A stretch of 64,000 bases of DNA from a virus (Duplodnaviria > Caudoviricetes): IMG/VR virus record IMGVR_UViG_3300021387_000796, positions 64,001 through 128,000 of that record; one strand, written 5' to 3'. The notes under the pieces were generated by a model. That model did not search any database. It had not been told where the DNA came from and saw nothing but the letters and a program-made list of their open reading frames with translations. The translations under genes and the position numbers were made by a program. This document shows positions 39,315 through 50,161 of the stretch, in pieces. Positions within the stretch are counted from its first letter, which is position 1, and each line of letters starts with the position of its first letter.

Positions 39315-40301
39315 ATGGCAAAAATAGCAATAATTTTCAATACTTCACAGAATAAAAACACATATCGTTATGAAATAGACCAACTTAAAGTTGTAGATTG
39401 GAATGATGTGTTGGGTTGTTGTTTGTGGAATAGCAAATTGAAAGACCAAGATATGAGTTTTTATGTAGGAATGCCTGCTTATGAAGTTTACGAGGATATC
39501 AAAAAATATGCTGAAAAAGAATTATGGTCTGATGTTTGGAAAATCGGTAAACCTTTTTCCGCAAAAGTTGTAAAGGCTTCAACAATCGAAGAATATGCTG
39601 AATGTGCAATTAAATCTTATATGCATACTCTTAATTATAACAATCTTTGTTGTGTAATTGCCAATGGAAAAGCAAAAGATATAATGCAGAGAATTTCCAA
39701 TTTAATTAATGACAAGGATAACTTTGATAGCGGTTATAATATAAGAAGAATTTGTATGTTTGGAAATAATGATAAAACAATCAGATATACAGATTCAAGA
39801 GAAAAATTAACATTCATTCCTTGTAACGATTCTTATGCTTATTATAATATGGAAGATTATTATGATAAACTTGGTTTTGAAGTATGGGATGATTATAAAT
39901 TATATGAAGGTAAAAAGGAGAATAAAACTATGAAAAAGAACAGAATGACAGAAAGATTTGACGCACCAAAAGATTGGGATTTTGAAGATATGCTAGATGA
40001 TTATGGAATGGAATATCTTCAAGAAAATGATTCGGACAATGAACCTATCGATATGGATAGTTTCGATGAATTTTTAGATAGTCCTTGGGAAGCAGTAAGA
40101 AGTGCTTTTTATGGAGGAAGATTTGGGTTTGATAGAGATTCTTTTAATCCAACAGACCCATATTTTAGATTCAATGGTTATGGTAATGTTGAAAGTATTC
40201 CATATCTAGATGATTATCTTAAAGATATGATTGATGAAGAATCATTTTATGATTGGTGTGTGGAACAAGGTTATTTTGAATCTGATGAAGATAACGAATA
40301 A
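39315..40301 (+). CDS. two-module hypothetical protein with acidic C-terminal module
   Basis: Internal GGAG plus ATG near 39930; FNPTDPYFRFNGYGNVES. Confidence 0.7.
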   Translation: MAKIAIIFNTSQNKNTYRYEIDQLKVVDWNDVLGCCLWNSKLKDQDMSFYVGMPAYEVYEDIKKYAEKELWSDVWKIGKPFSAKVVKASTIEEYAECAIKSYMHTLNYNNLCCVIANGKAKDIMQRISNLINDKDNFDSGYNIRRICMFGNNDKTIRYTDSREKLTFIPCNDSYAYYNMEDYYDKLGFEVWDDYKLYEGKKENKTMKKNRMTERFDAPKDWDFEDMLDDYGMEYLQENDSDNEPIDMDSFDEFLDSPWEAVRSAFYGGRFGFDRDSFNPTDPYFRFNGYGNVESIPYLDDYLKDMIDEESFYDWCVEQGYFESDEDNE

Positions 40302-40339
40302 TAAAATTATCTGATGTACTAGAGTACAAACAGTTTCTG

Positions 40340-40380
40340 AGAGCGGAAAGTTGAAATATTACTTCCGCTCTTTGTTTTTT
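40340..40380 (+). terminator. intrinsic terminator
   Basis: AGAGCGGAA...TTCCGCTCT followed by T tract. Confidence 0.75.
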
Positions 40381-40455
40381 ATAACGTTTATATTCCTAGA
40401 CATTTTGAATAATTTTGTCTAAAAATATAAACATTATAATTTTTAATAATTTTCG

Positions 40456-40484
40456 TTGACAAATGAAATAGGAATGTGTATAAT
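40456..40484 (+). promoter_or_regulatory. consensus sigma70 promoter
   Basis: TTGACA-N17-TATAAT. Confidence 0.8.
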
Positions 40485-43400
40485 ATAGAAAATAAAATAG
40501 AAGGGGGTAATGTATTGGAAAACATAATTCCTAATCCATCAGTAGATTGTTATAGTCTGCATCAAGAAATGGTTAATCATTCTTTGCAAGGAGAAATTCT
40601 GAATGTAAAGATTGAAAACGATAAACTGAAAAATGAAAATAATGAATTAAAACATTTTATAAGAGATTTAATCTATGAAAATCATAACACCTGTTTTCAT
40701 TTTTGTAATACAATTTTCTTGTTTAATTCTGATTATATAAAAAGAGCAGAAGAACTTATAGGAGAAAAATTATGACAAGAGAAGAAAGAGCAAACGACTA
40801 CGCTGAACATAATATTGGTAAATATACAAACGACTATGCAAATATCTATAATGCTTATTTGAAAGGGGCAGATGAAGAAACAAAAGAACTGAAAAATGAA
40901 AATGATGAATTAAAGGCTCAACTTGAAAGAGCAAAAGTTTATCTAAAGGCTACTTCTGATTTGTTACAGAAACAGAACGAAAGTCATTATGTACTCAATC
41001 TTCTTGAAACAACTGTATTTTATGATGAAGCAGATTGCGATGGATATTGTTTGAAAGACGAAATAGATACTCTTCTTGAAATGGGGGTTTAACATATGAA
41101 TTATTTTTTCGGCAGAAAAGAACTGCAATTTGGTTAGATAAAACAGAATTCTTTAATATCAGTCAGACCACAGAAAAAGACTTGGAGTATTATTTGAATG
41201 ACAGAAGAGAAAGGGAAAATTATCTTGATATGCTTCCAAAAATAAAACTTGCCTATAAATATTTTAAGACCAAGGCTTATGAAAGGGAAGATTATTTTAG
41301 GGAACATTTCATGGATAATTAATTAAAACGGTGATTTATTATTTTTTTAGGAGGAAGAAAATGGGATATATACCAAATGAATTAAGTGCGGATGAAGCAC
41401 GAAATCTTTACAAGCAAGGTGAAATATCAGCAGATGAAGCAAGACACTTGTCTAACAATGCTTATGACCCATACGGCAGAGGACATCATTGTGAGTACAA
41501 CGGAAGAGGGCAGAAAGGTTATTGGGATAGTGATGACCGTTGGCACACAGTTAAAGACGATGACTAATGAGGAGTAATTATGTTTGAGAAAATAAAACAA
41601 TTTTTTAATCCTTGCAGAATATGTAAGAAAAGAAAACGTCTTGAACAAAATAAAAACTATGTCGGTTGTTTTTGTACTTTAGGATTTATGGGAGTTCTCA
41701 AGGAAAACTTGACAACTGAAAAGGGAATCTAAATGAGCGAAAAATCAAATAAGGTTTATCGTTATGTCTGGAGAAACCTAGAACGAAATGCCGTAGAACA
41801 TTACGGATATTTAACATTCTTTCAAAAATTAAAATGGGGATTTAATAAAAAGAAGTATGTTAAATGGTATTGCGAAAACAATAAGCAGAATTATCCTTAT
41901 TTGAGGAGTTTTAAATGAAACCTGAAGAATTAGACCGAATTAATCGAGCAGAAGAGATACAACTCTACACAGAAAACAGAGAGGTGAAGAATGACAGTAA
42001 ATGAATTATTTGGTGTTTGGTTGCATAATAAAAATCCTTATGCTATAATAAATGTGTGGGATAGAAGTGTTGGGGATTACATATTTAAGACAAATCCACC
42101 TATACCTAATCAGAATGTAGAAGAAATTGGTAAAATGGAAGTGAAATGCTTTTATACTTCTGAAGAAAATGGTAAAAATCCTATTCTGACAATAAATGTG
42201 GGAGAATATGATTAACAGAAAGGGAATAAATGGTTGAAAAGATATTGAATAATGAAATTATCGGCAGTTATTTAAGAAAATGCCGAAAATATCATAAAGA
42301 ATTCTTGGAGGTATTGAATGAAGAATATTGAAACCTTGTATGAAGAAAGGAAAAATTTAAATCAAAAACTTATGGAATTAGATGATGAAATTAACAATTG
42401 TAAGGTTGGAGATATTCTAAACAAATTTCAAATTGGTAAATTTTATGAAGTTCAGTATGGTTCGTGTGTGAGATTTTATTGGTATTGTGATTGTAAACTT
42501 GAACTTAATAAAGGTATTTTATATCTGAATGAAATATTAACGATATATTGCACAAGAATGTGCTATGATAGAACTTTATCTAAGCGATTGTGTTTTCATA
42601 TTGAAGATATTATCAATTGGTCGGTGAAAGAAATTTCAAAAGAAGATTATTTTGATGAGTTTAATGAACTTTATCGTGATATTAAACATCAACTTGATAA
42701 TATAGAAGATACAAGTAAAAATAAATAACAAAAGGAGGAATAAATTATGTTATGGATTTTGGTTGGAATATCATTAGTGGCTTTAATTATCAGTATACTT
42801 TATGAACAAGAGATACTTGAAGTAATTTCAGGTACAATGTTTTCTTGTGGTGTAATTGCAATTCTTTGTGTATTGGGTTATTATAATTCTACAAAAGCAA
42901 CGGCAGATAAACAGATTGCAGTTCTTGAACAGAGAAATGACGAAGTAATTGCTCAGATTGAGCCATTGATTAAACAATATTTTGAATACGAATCATCTAC
43001 ATTTAAGGACTTAAAACCTAGTGCAGATAAGGTTATTGCTATTTCACAGTACCCTAACCTTAAAGGTAATGAGTTTGTACAGACACAGATAAAAATTATC
43101 CTTGAAAATCAGAAAAAGATAACTGACTTGAAATTGGATAAAGTAAGTCTTGATGCTTATAAACTCTGGCTTTTTATGGGAGAATAAATCATTCATAATT
43201 TAATAGGAGGAATTAGATGATTATAGATTTTGAAAAGACGATAACGTTTCATGCTGAAATTGATGACAAACAGTTTCAGAATGAATTTGGAAATATTACT
43301 GAAGATTCAATTATCAGTTATTGTGAATCGATTGATTCTCCTACAGATGATGAAACTTGTTGGATTTACTCTGATGAATTGAAAAACATAAGTTGGAAAA

Positions 43401-45050
43401 AATCAGAAAAAGATAATGAACATAAAATCACAGAAGCAGAGTACATCAAATATTGTGATGAAAGGGAGAATGCTGAACGTTGTTATGAATGCAGTGGATA
43501 TGGTGATGATTATGGTGTTGGTGAAAATGGCGAAATGATTAGTAATTGTGATAATTGTCCTTTTAATTCTAGGGCAAATAATGCTGAGTAATTTATTTGA
43601 TTGAGGAATGCGAATTATGAGAATACTAGACAAAAATAAGGATTTCTACGATTATCTTCAAGATTATGAATCGGATATAGTTTTCGATAGACGAGGTTCG
43701 CATATCCTCACGAATGAAGAGTTGAATTTTTTTCCGTTGTATAACAGATATAAAGTTGATGATGTATATTTGCTTTTGCAAATCGGATATACAAATTGGC
43801 TGATTGTTGAGAAACCGATTAAAATAATTAAAGATATAAGTGGATACAACATAGTTAAAGATTTTTCTATCGAACTGATTGAAATGTGGAAAGATTATAA
43901 TAAATCTATAGACTTCAAGTTTGGTGAAATCAAAAATCGTTACACCATTGAATATCTTACATCCAAAAAATTTAATCAAGACCTTGCGTTAATGGATGAT
44001 ATAAAACTAGGAAACTTTGAATATAAAAATAATCTTGCAGAAAAATCACCAATTGTATTGAGTAAAACCAAACTTCCGTCTATATTGAATGCACAAGATG
44101 TTTATCTTGCTATTGAAGAATGGTTGTCACATAAAAAAGATGATGTTGCACATGATTCAATGACAGATAAAGAAAAGATTGTATCACATGGATTTGATAC
44201 AAAATCAAGTTTCAGAGGAAAATAGAATATGAATGAACACAAAGAAAGTATAAAATATGAAACATTCGAGCAGTTTTGGGATGACGTTTACGGTGAAGAA
44301 TACGGATATTCTAACAAATATACATTAGAACCTTATTATTCAATTGCTCAATATGCGTGGGAAATGGGAGAAAATCACGGATATTACCTTGGAAAAGATT
44401 ACGGCAACATAAATAAAGGGGAATAAATGAAATTATTCAAAATCGAATTAGATAATGTTGGTTATGATGATTATGATTCTTGTATAATTGTCGCTGAAAG
44501 TAAGGAACAAGTGGAAGAATTATGCAGATGTAATTTTGTGAAATATGAAGATTGGGATACCGAACATCGTTGTCCTAAAGTTCTATACGACCATAGAAAT
44601 GTTTTGAGTGAATCTTTTAATATTCATAATGGTCAAAAATGGACTATCACGGAAGTTGATGTTAATGAGATTAAACAACCGACAATTATATGTTCAAGTT
44701 TTAATGCGAGGTGAAAAATGAACAGTTTTGAAATTACAGGATACGGAACTTGTGGTGGAGACCAATGTTCGCCTTATTATATTGAAGTTTCTCCTAGTGC
44801 TACTGTTCGTAGTGTCATTAAAGACATACTTTCCAATAAAAATGAATGGGGTAGTATTCGTATCGAACGGAAAAGTCTGAGAGATAATGACCATGAGATT
44901 GAATACGAATATGGTAAATTATTAAAGGATAAAATGAGTGAAGAAGAAAAATATTTTTGGAATAATATTTTAGATTGGAAAGTTGTTAGTATGCGTGGAT
45001 ATGGTGGTTGGTCTGCTAGTGATTATTGGTTGACTATTCAAAGTAATTAA
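40476..45050 (+). CDS. run of small hypothetical genes (40476, 40772, 41331, 41733, 41991, 42318, 42747 membrane protein, 43217, 43608, 44229, 44427, 44718)
   Basis: Co-directional ORFs with RBSs; no confident function. Confidence 0.55.
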
Positions 45051-45230
45051 TTGGAGAATATATGAAACTTTATGTTCTTAAAAAATGGGAAGTCAGAGAT
45101 TTAGTTGGCTATTGGGTAAATAACGGAGTAGTTGCTACGATTGATGAGGCAGAAAGTTATGTAGAACATGATAGAGAAAATCGTGATTATGATGAATACA
45201 TGAACGGTGAAATTAAATAAGGATAAATAA

Positions 45231-46148
45231 ATGAAAACATACGGATTACCTTACAAAGGAAGTAAAGATAAGATTTGCGAAAAAATTTGTTCGCTTTTTC
45301 CCATAAAGGAAAACTTTTATGACTTATTTATGGGGGGGGGCAGTATAACTCATTATCAGTTGTTGCAGAATCAATACAAGAATTATTATGCGAATGATTT
45401 TAATCCGCTTGTTGTGAAAGCATTTGATATGGCAATTCATGGAAAGTTCAAGAATGAAACAAGATGGATAAGTCATGAGGAATTCGACAAGTTGAAAAAT
45501 ATTGACCCTTATGTTGCGTTCTGCTTCAGTTTTGGGAACGATTTGAAATCATACGCATACGGAAAAGATATAGAACCATATAAAAAAGCATTACATTACT
45601 TGGTGGTATTTCAAGATGAAAGTCTGATGAAAGAAATATTTCCAAACATTGATTTTTCTTTTGTACATAAGATTAAAGATGTGAATGAAAGAAGATTAAA
45701 AGTAAAGAAAGTAATTGATGATTTGTTGATAACATCTGATGATAACAGAATAAGAAGTAATGAATCTTTGCAAAGTTTTATTCAATTAGAAAGTTGTCAG
45801 CGGTTGGCAAACATTGAACGGTTGGCAATATATAACAAATCTTATGATGAAATAGAGATTAAACCTAATTCAGTTATATATCTTGACCCACCTTATAAAT
45901 TTACAAATAAATATGAAATATCCAAAAATTTTGACTATGAGAAATTTTATTCTTGGTGTGAAAGGCAGACTGAATTATGTTTTATATCAGAATATTCCAT
46001 GCCGAAGGATAGATTTACTTGCATCGCTGAAATAGAGCATAGAAGTATCATTTGTGCAAATGAAAATCAGTCTGTAATAGAAAGAGTATTTTTGCCGAAT
46101 CATCAAGTGAAGGACTATACAATTCCTAGTTTGTTTGATATGATATGA
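45231..46148 (+). CDS. Dam-like N6-adenine DNA methyltransferase
   Basis: LPYKGSK, DLFMGGGS, AND, YLDPPY, FISEY. Confidence 0.88.
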   Translation: MKTYGLPYKGSKDKICEKICSLFPIKENFYDLFMGGGSITHYQLLQNQYKNYYANDFNPLVVKAFDMAIHGKFKNETRWISHEEFDKLKNIDPYVAFCFSFGNDLKSYAYGKDIEPYKKALHYLVVFQDESLMKEIFPNIDFSFVHKIKDVNERRLKVKKVIDDLLITSDDNRIRSNESLQSFIQLESCQRLANIERLAIYNKSYDEIEIKPNSVIYLDPPYKFTNKYEISKNFDYEKFYSWCERQTELCFISEYSMPKDRFTCIAEIEHRSIICANENQSVIERVFLPNHQVKDYTIPSLFDMI

Positions 46149-46175
46149 AAGAATAAATTATGAAAAATAAATGAG

Positions 46176-46961
46176 GTGAATAATATGAGCGAAGTAAAAT
46201 TGTATCATGGTGATTGTTTAATTGAAATGAATAAAATTGCTGATAAATCAATTGATATGATTTTATGCGATTTGCCTTATGGAACAACCGTGTGTAAATG
46301 GGATGTAATTATTCCGTTTGACAAGTTATGGGCACAATATAATCGAGTGATTAAAGACAATGGGGCAATTGTTTTGTTTGGCAAAGAACCTTTTTCATCG
46401 AAATTAAGATGTTCTAATATAGATATGTTCAAATACGATTGGTATTGGAAAAAAGATACAAAGTCAAATTTTCCACAAGCAAGTAAGCAACCTCTCAATA
46501 ATATAGAAATTATAAGTGTTTTTTCTAAAGGCTATGCTCGTTGTGGTTTAGAAGAAAGTAAAACAATGATTTATAATCCACAATTTATTATTGGTGAAAC
46601 ATATTCAAAACCAAAAGATAGTAAAACAAAAGGGATTTTTTCTGAAAACTTTAGAAATGGAAAATTTATTCATAAGGATAGGGATACATCAAAAAGATAT
46701 CCGTATAATATTTTAGATTTTAATGCTCCAAAGAAAAGATTACATCCTACACAAAAACCAACGGATTTATTAGAATACTTGATTAAAACCTACACAATAG
46801 AAGGTGAGACAGTTTTGGATAATTGTATGGGAAGTGGTAGTTGTGGTGTTGCTTGTATAAACACAAAACGCAATTTCATTGGAATAGAACTTGATGATAA
46901 TTATTTCAAGATTGCGGAAGATAGGATAAACAAGGTCAGAGAAACGATATTTGATATTTAA
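46176..46961 (+). CDS. beta-class N4/N6 DNA methyltransferase
   Basis: GDCL, CDLPYG, HPTQKP, VLDNCMGSGS, FIGIELD. Confidence 0.92.
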   Translation: MNNMSEVKLYHGDCLIEMNKIADKSIDMILCDLPYGTTVCKWDVIIPFDKLWAQYNRVIKDNGAIVLFGKEPFSSKLRCSNIDMFKYDWYWKKDTKSNFPQASKQPLNNIEIISVFSKGYARCGLEESKTMIYNPQFIIGETYSKPKDSKTKGIFSENFRNGKFIHKDRDTSKRYPYNILDFNAPKKRLHPTQKPTDLLEYLIKTYTIEGETVLDNCMGSGSCGVACINTKRNFIGIELDDNYFKIAEDRINKVRETIFDI

Positions 46962-46988
46962 CTATTTTATAATATATAGGAGAATAAT

Positions 46989-47306
46989 ATGATTTATAAT
47001 TTTGATTATTTTTACAATCTGTTCAAAAACGCTGATTTGAAGTTTGAAATTATTCATGCAAATGAAGATGACGAATGTAAAACATTATCTTTTGAAAATT
47101 TGAAGTTCAATCTTGTTACAAAATACGTTGAACTTAAAAACATTGATTCGGAAATGATTACATTCAGCAATCATCTTATTACTATAATTTGTAACAAAAC
47201 TCATACTAGCGTATTCAGATATGATTATATAAAGAATTGTGTATTTGAAGATAATGTGTTGAAAATTGCTTTGGATGATAATTCGGTTATAGAGATAAAT
47301 TTTTAA
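46989..47306 (+). CDS. hypothetical protein
   Basis: AGGAG RBS; TAACTAT at 46959. Confidence 0.6.
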   Translation: MIYNFDYFYNLFKNADLKFEIIHANEDDECKTLSFENLKFNLVTKYVELKNIDSEMITFSNHLITIICNKTHTSVFRYDYIKNCVFEDNVLKIALDDNSVIEINF

Positions 47307-47409
47307 CTATCTATAATAGATTTAACTCAGTATTCATATAAAGGGAATCGGTTTTTAATTGATTCCTTTTATTTTTTTAATCTCAATTATGAAGAAATAA
47401 TAATTTTCC

Positions 47410-47438
47410 TTGACAATATAACCGTTATCCGTTATATT
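47410..47438 (+). promoter_or_regulatory. sigma70-type promoter
   Basis: TTGACA-N17-TATATT. Confidence 0.65.
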
Positions 47439-47461
47439 ATACATCAAGGAGTATTAAAGCA

Positions 47462-47662
47462 ATGAAATACGATTTGGTTGGTGTTGGCGGAAACGCTTTA
47501 GTAATAATGGGATACGTTCTTAAAGCAATGAGAGAATGCAAGATGTCTAAAGAAGAACAGTCAGATTATCAGAGGAAAGCAATAATTGGCGATTACGACC
47601 ATCTTTTGGCAGTATCAATTGAAATGATTGATTTGTGTAATGAGATTGCAGAAGAATCTTAA
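47462..47662 (+). CDS. small conserved-looking phage protein
   Basis: LVGVGGNA..IMGYV..AMR..GDYDHLL pattern. Confidence 0.6.
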   Translation: MKYDLVGVGGNALVIMGYVLKAMRECKMSKEEQSDYQRKAIIGDYDHLLAVSIEMIDLCNEIAEES

Positions 47663-47783
47663 TGTGTAAAAACTTGCGTATTAACCTTGTTTTTATTAGT
47701 TAAAGTGCAAGTTCTTACTAGTTATGAAAAAAGTAACTATCTTTTTATAGAAATATTATTTTTTTTAATGGAGAAATAGAATT

Positions 47784-48146
47784 ATGTTTAGTGTAACATC
47801 AGAACATTGGGAAGAAATCTTACCAAAAATTGAAAAAATTTGTAATAATTATAATAAAAAATTTTCTAAATTTGACGGTGAACTTAAAGACATCAGTGCT
47901 TATAGTGGAAATAATGAAAATGAAATAGAATTTTTTGTACCTACTTTAAGATTTTATCCTTTTGATAGCAGAAATGTGTGTAGAATTGAATGCGATGATG
48001 ATAATAAAGCGACATATAGTGTTTCTTTACCAAATCATATTTATAATGATGAGGAATTTGATAATATTGTAAATGGCTTGGAAAAGGTAACATCTTGTAA
48101 ACTTTTCTATGAAAATTTAATTGATGAAATTACAGAATTGGTTTAA
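47784..48146 (+). CDS. hypothetical protein
   Basis: GGAG RBS; TAACTAT at 47734. Confidence 0.6.
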   Translation: MFSVTSEHWEEILPKIEKICNNYNKKFSKFDGELKDISAYSGNNENEIEFFVPTLRFYPFDSRNVCRIECDDDNKATYSVSLPNHIYNDEEFDNIVNGLEKVTSCKLFYENLIDEITELV

Positions 48147-48162
48147 TGGAGAAAAATAAATT

Positions 48163-49071
48163 ATGGCGATTGCAGAAATAAAATGGAAATTGGTGAAAGA
48201 CACCTACCTTTTTGACACCACAACTTGTTATCTCAGTGAAAACGGTGATTACATGTTTTATAGAGGTAAAGAAAAACGAATTGAAATTTTAATAGATGAC
48301 CTTAATGAATTAGTTAGAAAAGGTTGTGCGATGTGGCTTAAACTTGGAGAATATGATTTTTATGATTTTGGTTTGGATAAACTTCCAAAATGTCCAACAC
48401 AAACATGGTATGGTATTCATCAGATGTTATATTCTCTTGAACCTTGGGGAGTTATGAAAGAATCAAAGGAATCGACAAGAAAATCAATCAAGGAATCTAA
48501 ATCTGATTTATTAATCGATATTCAAAATCTTATTTCGAGTAGTGGACTTTTAGATTCCATAGCAGATGTTGAAGATACATTAGAAATTGCATATATGATT
48601 GCTGAAAGATTAGACCCTAGTGATTATGGATTTAAAGATGAAGATGCATTAGCAAATAAAATAAATTTTGAATTAAAATATGATAGGGAATACGCAAAGT
48701 TATTTGAATCAAAAAAATTTGTTCGTAAATCAATCAAGGAAGCGAACGAAAGCGTAATTATTGACGGCAAAAAGACGAACTTTAAAATTAACGATTACGG
48801 TACATTTTTTGGCGAAAAGATAAAGTATATGTTAATCGGTAAGCCTTCGGAAAATAAAGATGTTTTGGCTGATTTCTTGGAAGAAAATTCTAATTTTGAA
48901 TTCGAGGAATATAAAATACCTTATTCTACTGTATATTACATTTATAATGATGAGAAAAGTTTGTTTGGGGTGGCTTACAGACATTACATTAGGTTGACTA
49001 ATGATGAGAAAGATGCAAAAATTATGTTGGCTTACGCAACAGACAAAAGAGATTTGTATAACGGTCTTTGA
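48163..49071 (+). CDS. three-module protein with two ES..RKSIKE linkers
   Basis: MKESKESTRKSIKES and LFESKKFVRKSIKEA. Confidence 0.7.
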   Translation: MAIAEIKWKLVKDTYLFDTTTCYLSENGDYMFYRGKEKRIEILIDDLNELVRKGCAMWLKLGEYDFYDFGLDKLPKCPTQTWYGIHQMLYSLEPWGVMKESKESTRKSIKESKSDLLIDIQNLISSSGLLDSIADVEDTLEIAYMIAERLDPSDYGFKDEDALANKINFELKYDREYAKLFESKKFVRKSIKEANESVIIDGKKTNFKINDYGTFFGEKIKYMLIGKPSENKDVLADFLEENSNFEFEEYKIPYSTVYYIYNDEKSLFGVAYRHYIRLTNDEKDAKIMLAYATDKRDLYNGL

Positions 49072-49675
49072 TATAAATAAGAGGAACAAATTAAATAAAA
49101 TTAAAGATGATATTAATGCCGAGACTGCAATGGATGTAATCAGAATGATTTTTAACAAATTGAATGATTCTGAAATTTTATCTACACCCACATTAAATAA
49201 AAAACTTCATTATTTTAATGATACTTATTTTGGAACAAAATTATTGAGTGCTGATAAACAAGATTTCAAAGATGCTATTGAAGAAGCATTAGATTATATG
49301 GAAGATTGTATATCTAAAGGTTCAAAGAAAGCAATAGATGTAAAATTAACAGACGAAGATACAAAACGAGAATTTGAAAACTTGTATAATTTTTTGAATG
49401 ACCATTCTAAAGATTATGAGTTTGGTATGGATGGAAGTGCAAAAGGGTCGGTGAATTTTTGGATTTATCCGAAGAATACAGATAAGTCATTAGAGGTTAG
49501 TATTTCTGAAAATTATCATAAACATTCTTTCCAAGTTACCGTATTTGAACTTGATGAAAATGGTGAAGAAGATAACATCCCTTGGAGCAAAGAATATGGC
49601 AATGTAGACGAAGAATTTTTTGATTATGGAGATTTAAGGGCATTATTGGAATCAATTTCTTGGGGTAATTTTTAA
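49001..49675 (+). CDS. acidic hypothetical protein (start uncertain, likely after 49071)
   Basis: ORF track; the 5' part overlaps the previous gene. Confidence 0.55.
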   Translation: MMRKMQKLCWLTQQTKEICITVFDINKRNKLNKIKDDINAETAMDVIRMIFNKLNDSEILSTPTLNKKLHYFNDTYFGTKLLSADKQDFKDAIEEALDYMEDCISKGSKKAIDVKLTDEDTKREFENLYNFLNDHSKDYEFGMDGSAKGSVNFWIYPKNTDKSLEVSISENYHKHSFQVTVFELDENGEEDNIPWSKEYGNVDEEFFDYGDLRALLESISWGNF

Positions 49676-49676
49676 T

Positions 49677-50060
49677 ATGGCAAAGGGAAATTTCAGAAAC
49701 CTATCAAATCAATGTACAATGTGTGGAAAATCTAAAGTTGTAGCCAAAGAAGGAAAAGGTGCAAATAAATATTATATGTGTACCGATTGTTTATGGAAAA
49801 CAATTCTTTCTGAAATTAAAAATAACGAATCCATGCAGTATCTCACAATTTTTGAATTGGATGCTTCTGATATTTCCAAAAATGATATGATTGAAATTCT
49901 GTACGATATGGAAAGATTAGGTTATGATTTTTCTGATGATGATTTTCATATTGTTGACAGTGATAGAGATATAACAAAAGTATATATGAATGAAAGTTTG
50001 CAAGGTGGTTGGTACAGAAAATATATGAGTAAAGAAGAATTGAGCAAAAAGATGAATTAA
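49677..50060 (+). CDS. zinc-finger-containing hypothetical protein
   Basis: CTMCG...CTDC. Confidence 0.55.
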   Translation: MAKGNFRNLSNQCTMCGKSKVVAKEGKGANKYYMCTDCLWKTILSEIKNNESMQYLTIFELDASDISKNDMIEILYDMERLGYDFSDDDFHIVDSDRDITKVYMNESLQGGWYRKYMSKEELSKKMN

Positions 50061-50161
50061 CTATCTTATATAACTAATGGGGGTGTAACAAGTGTTACTT
50101 CCCTTACATTCCCCATTTAAATAAATATTAAATTATTAATGAGAATGGAGAAAATAAAATT

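Noticed and set aside
38955-40301. Naming the acidic proteins as specific anti-CRISPR families
   Set aside because: Only compositional resemblance; a family cannot be supported without a search
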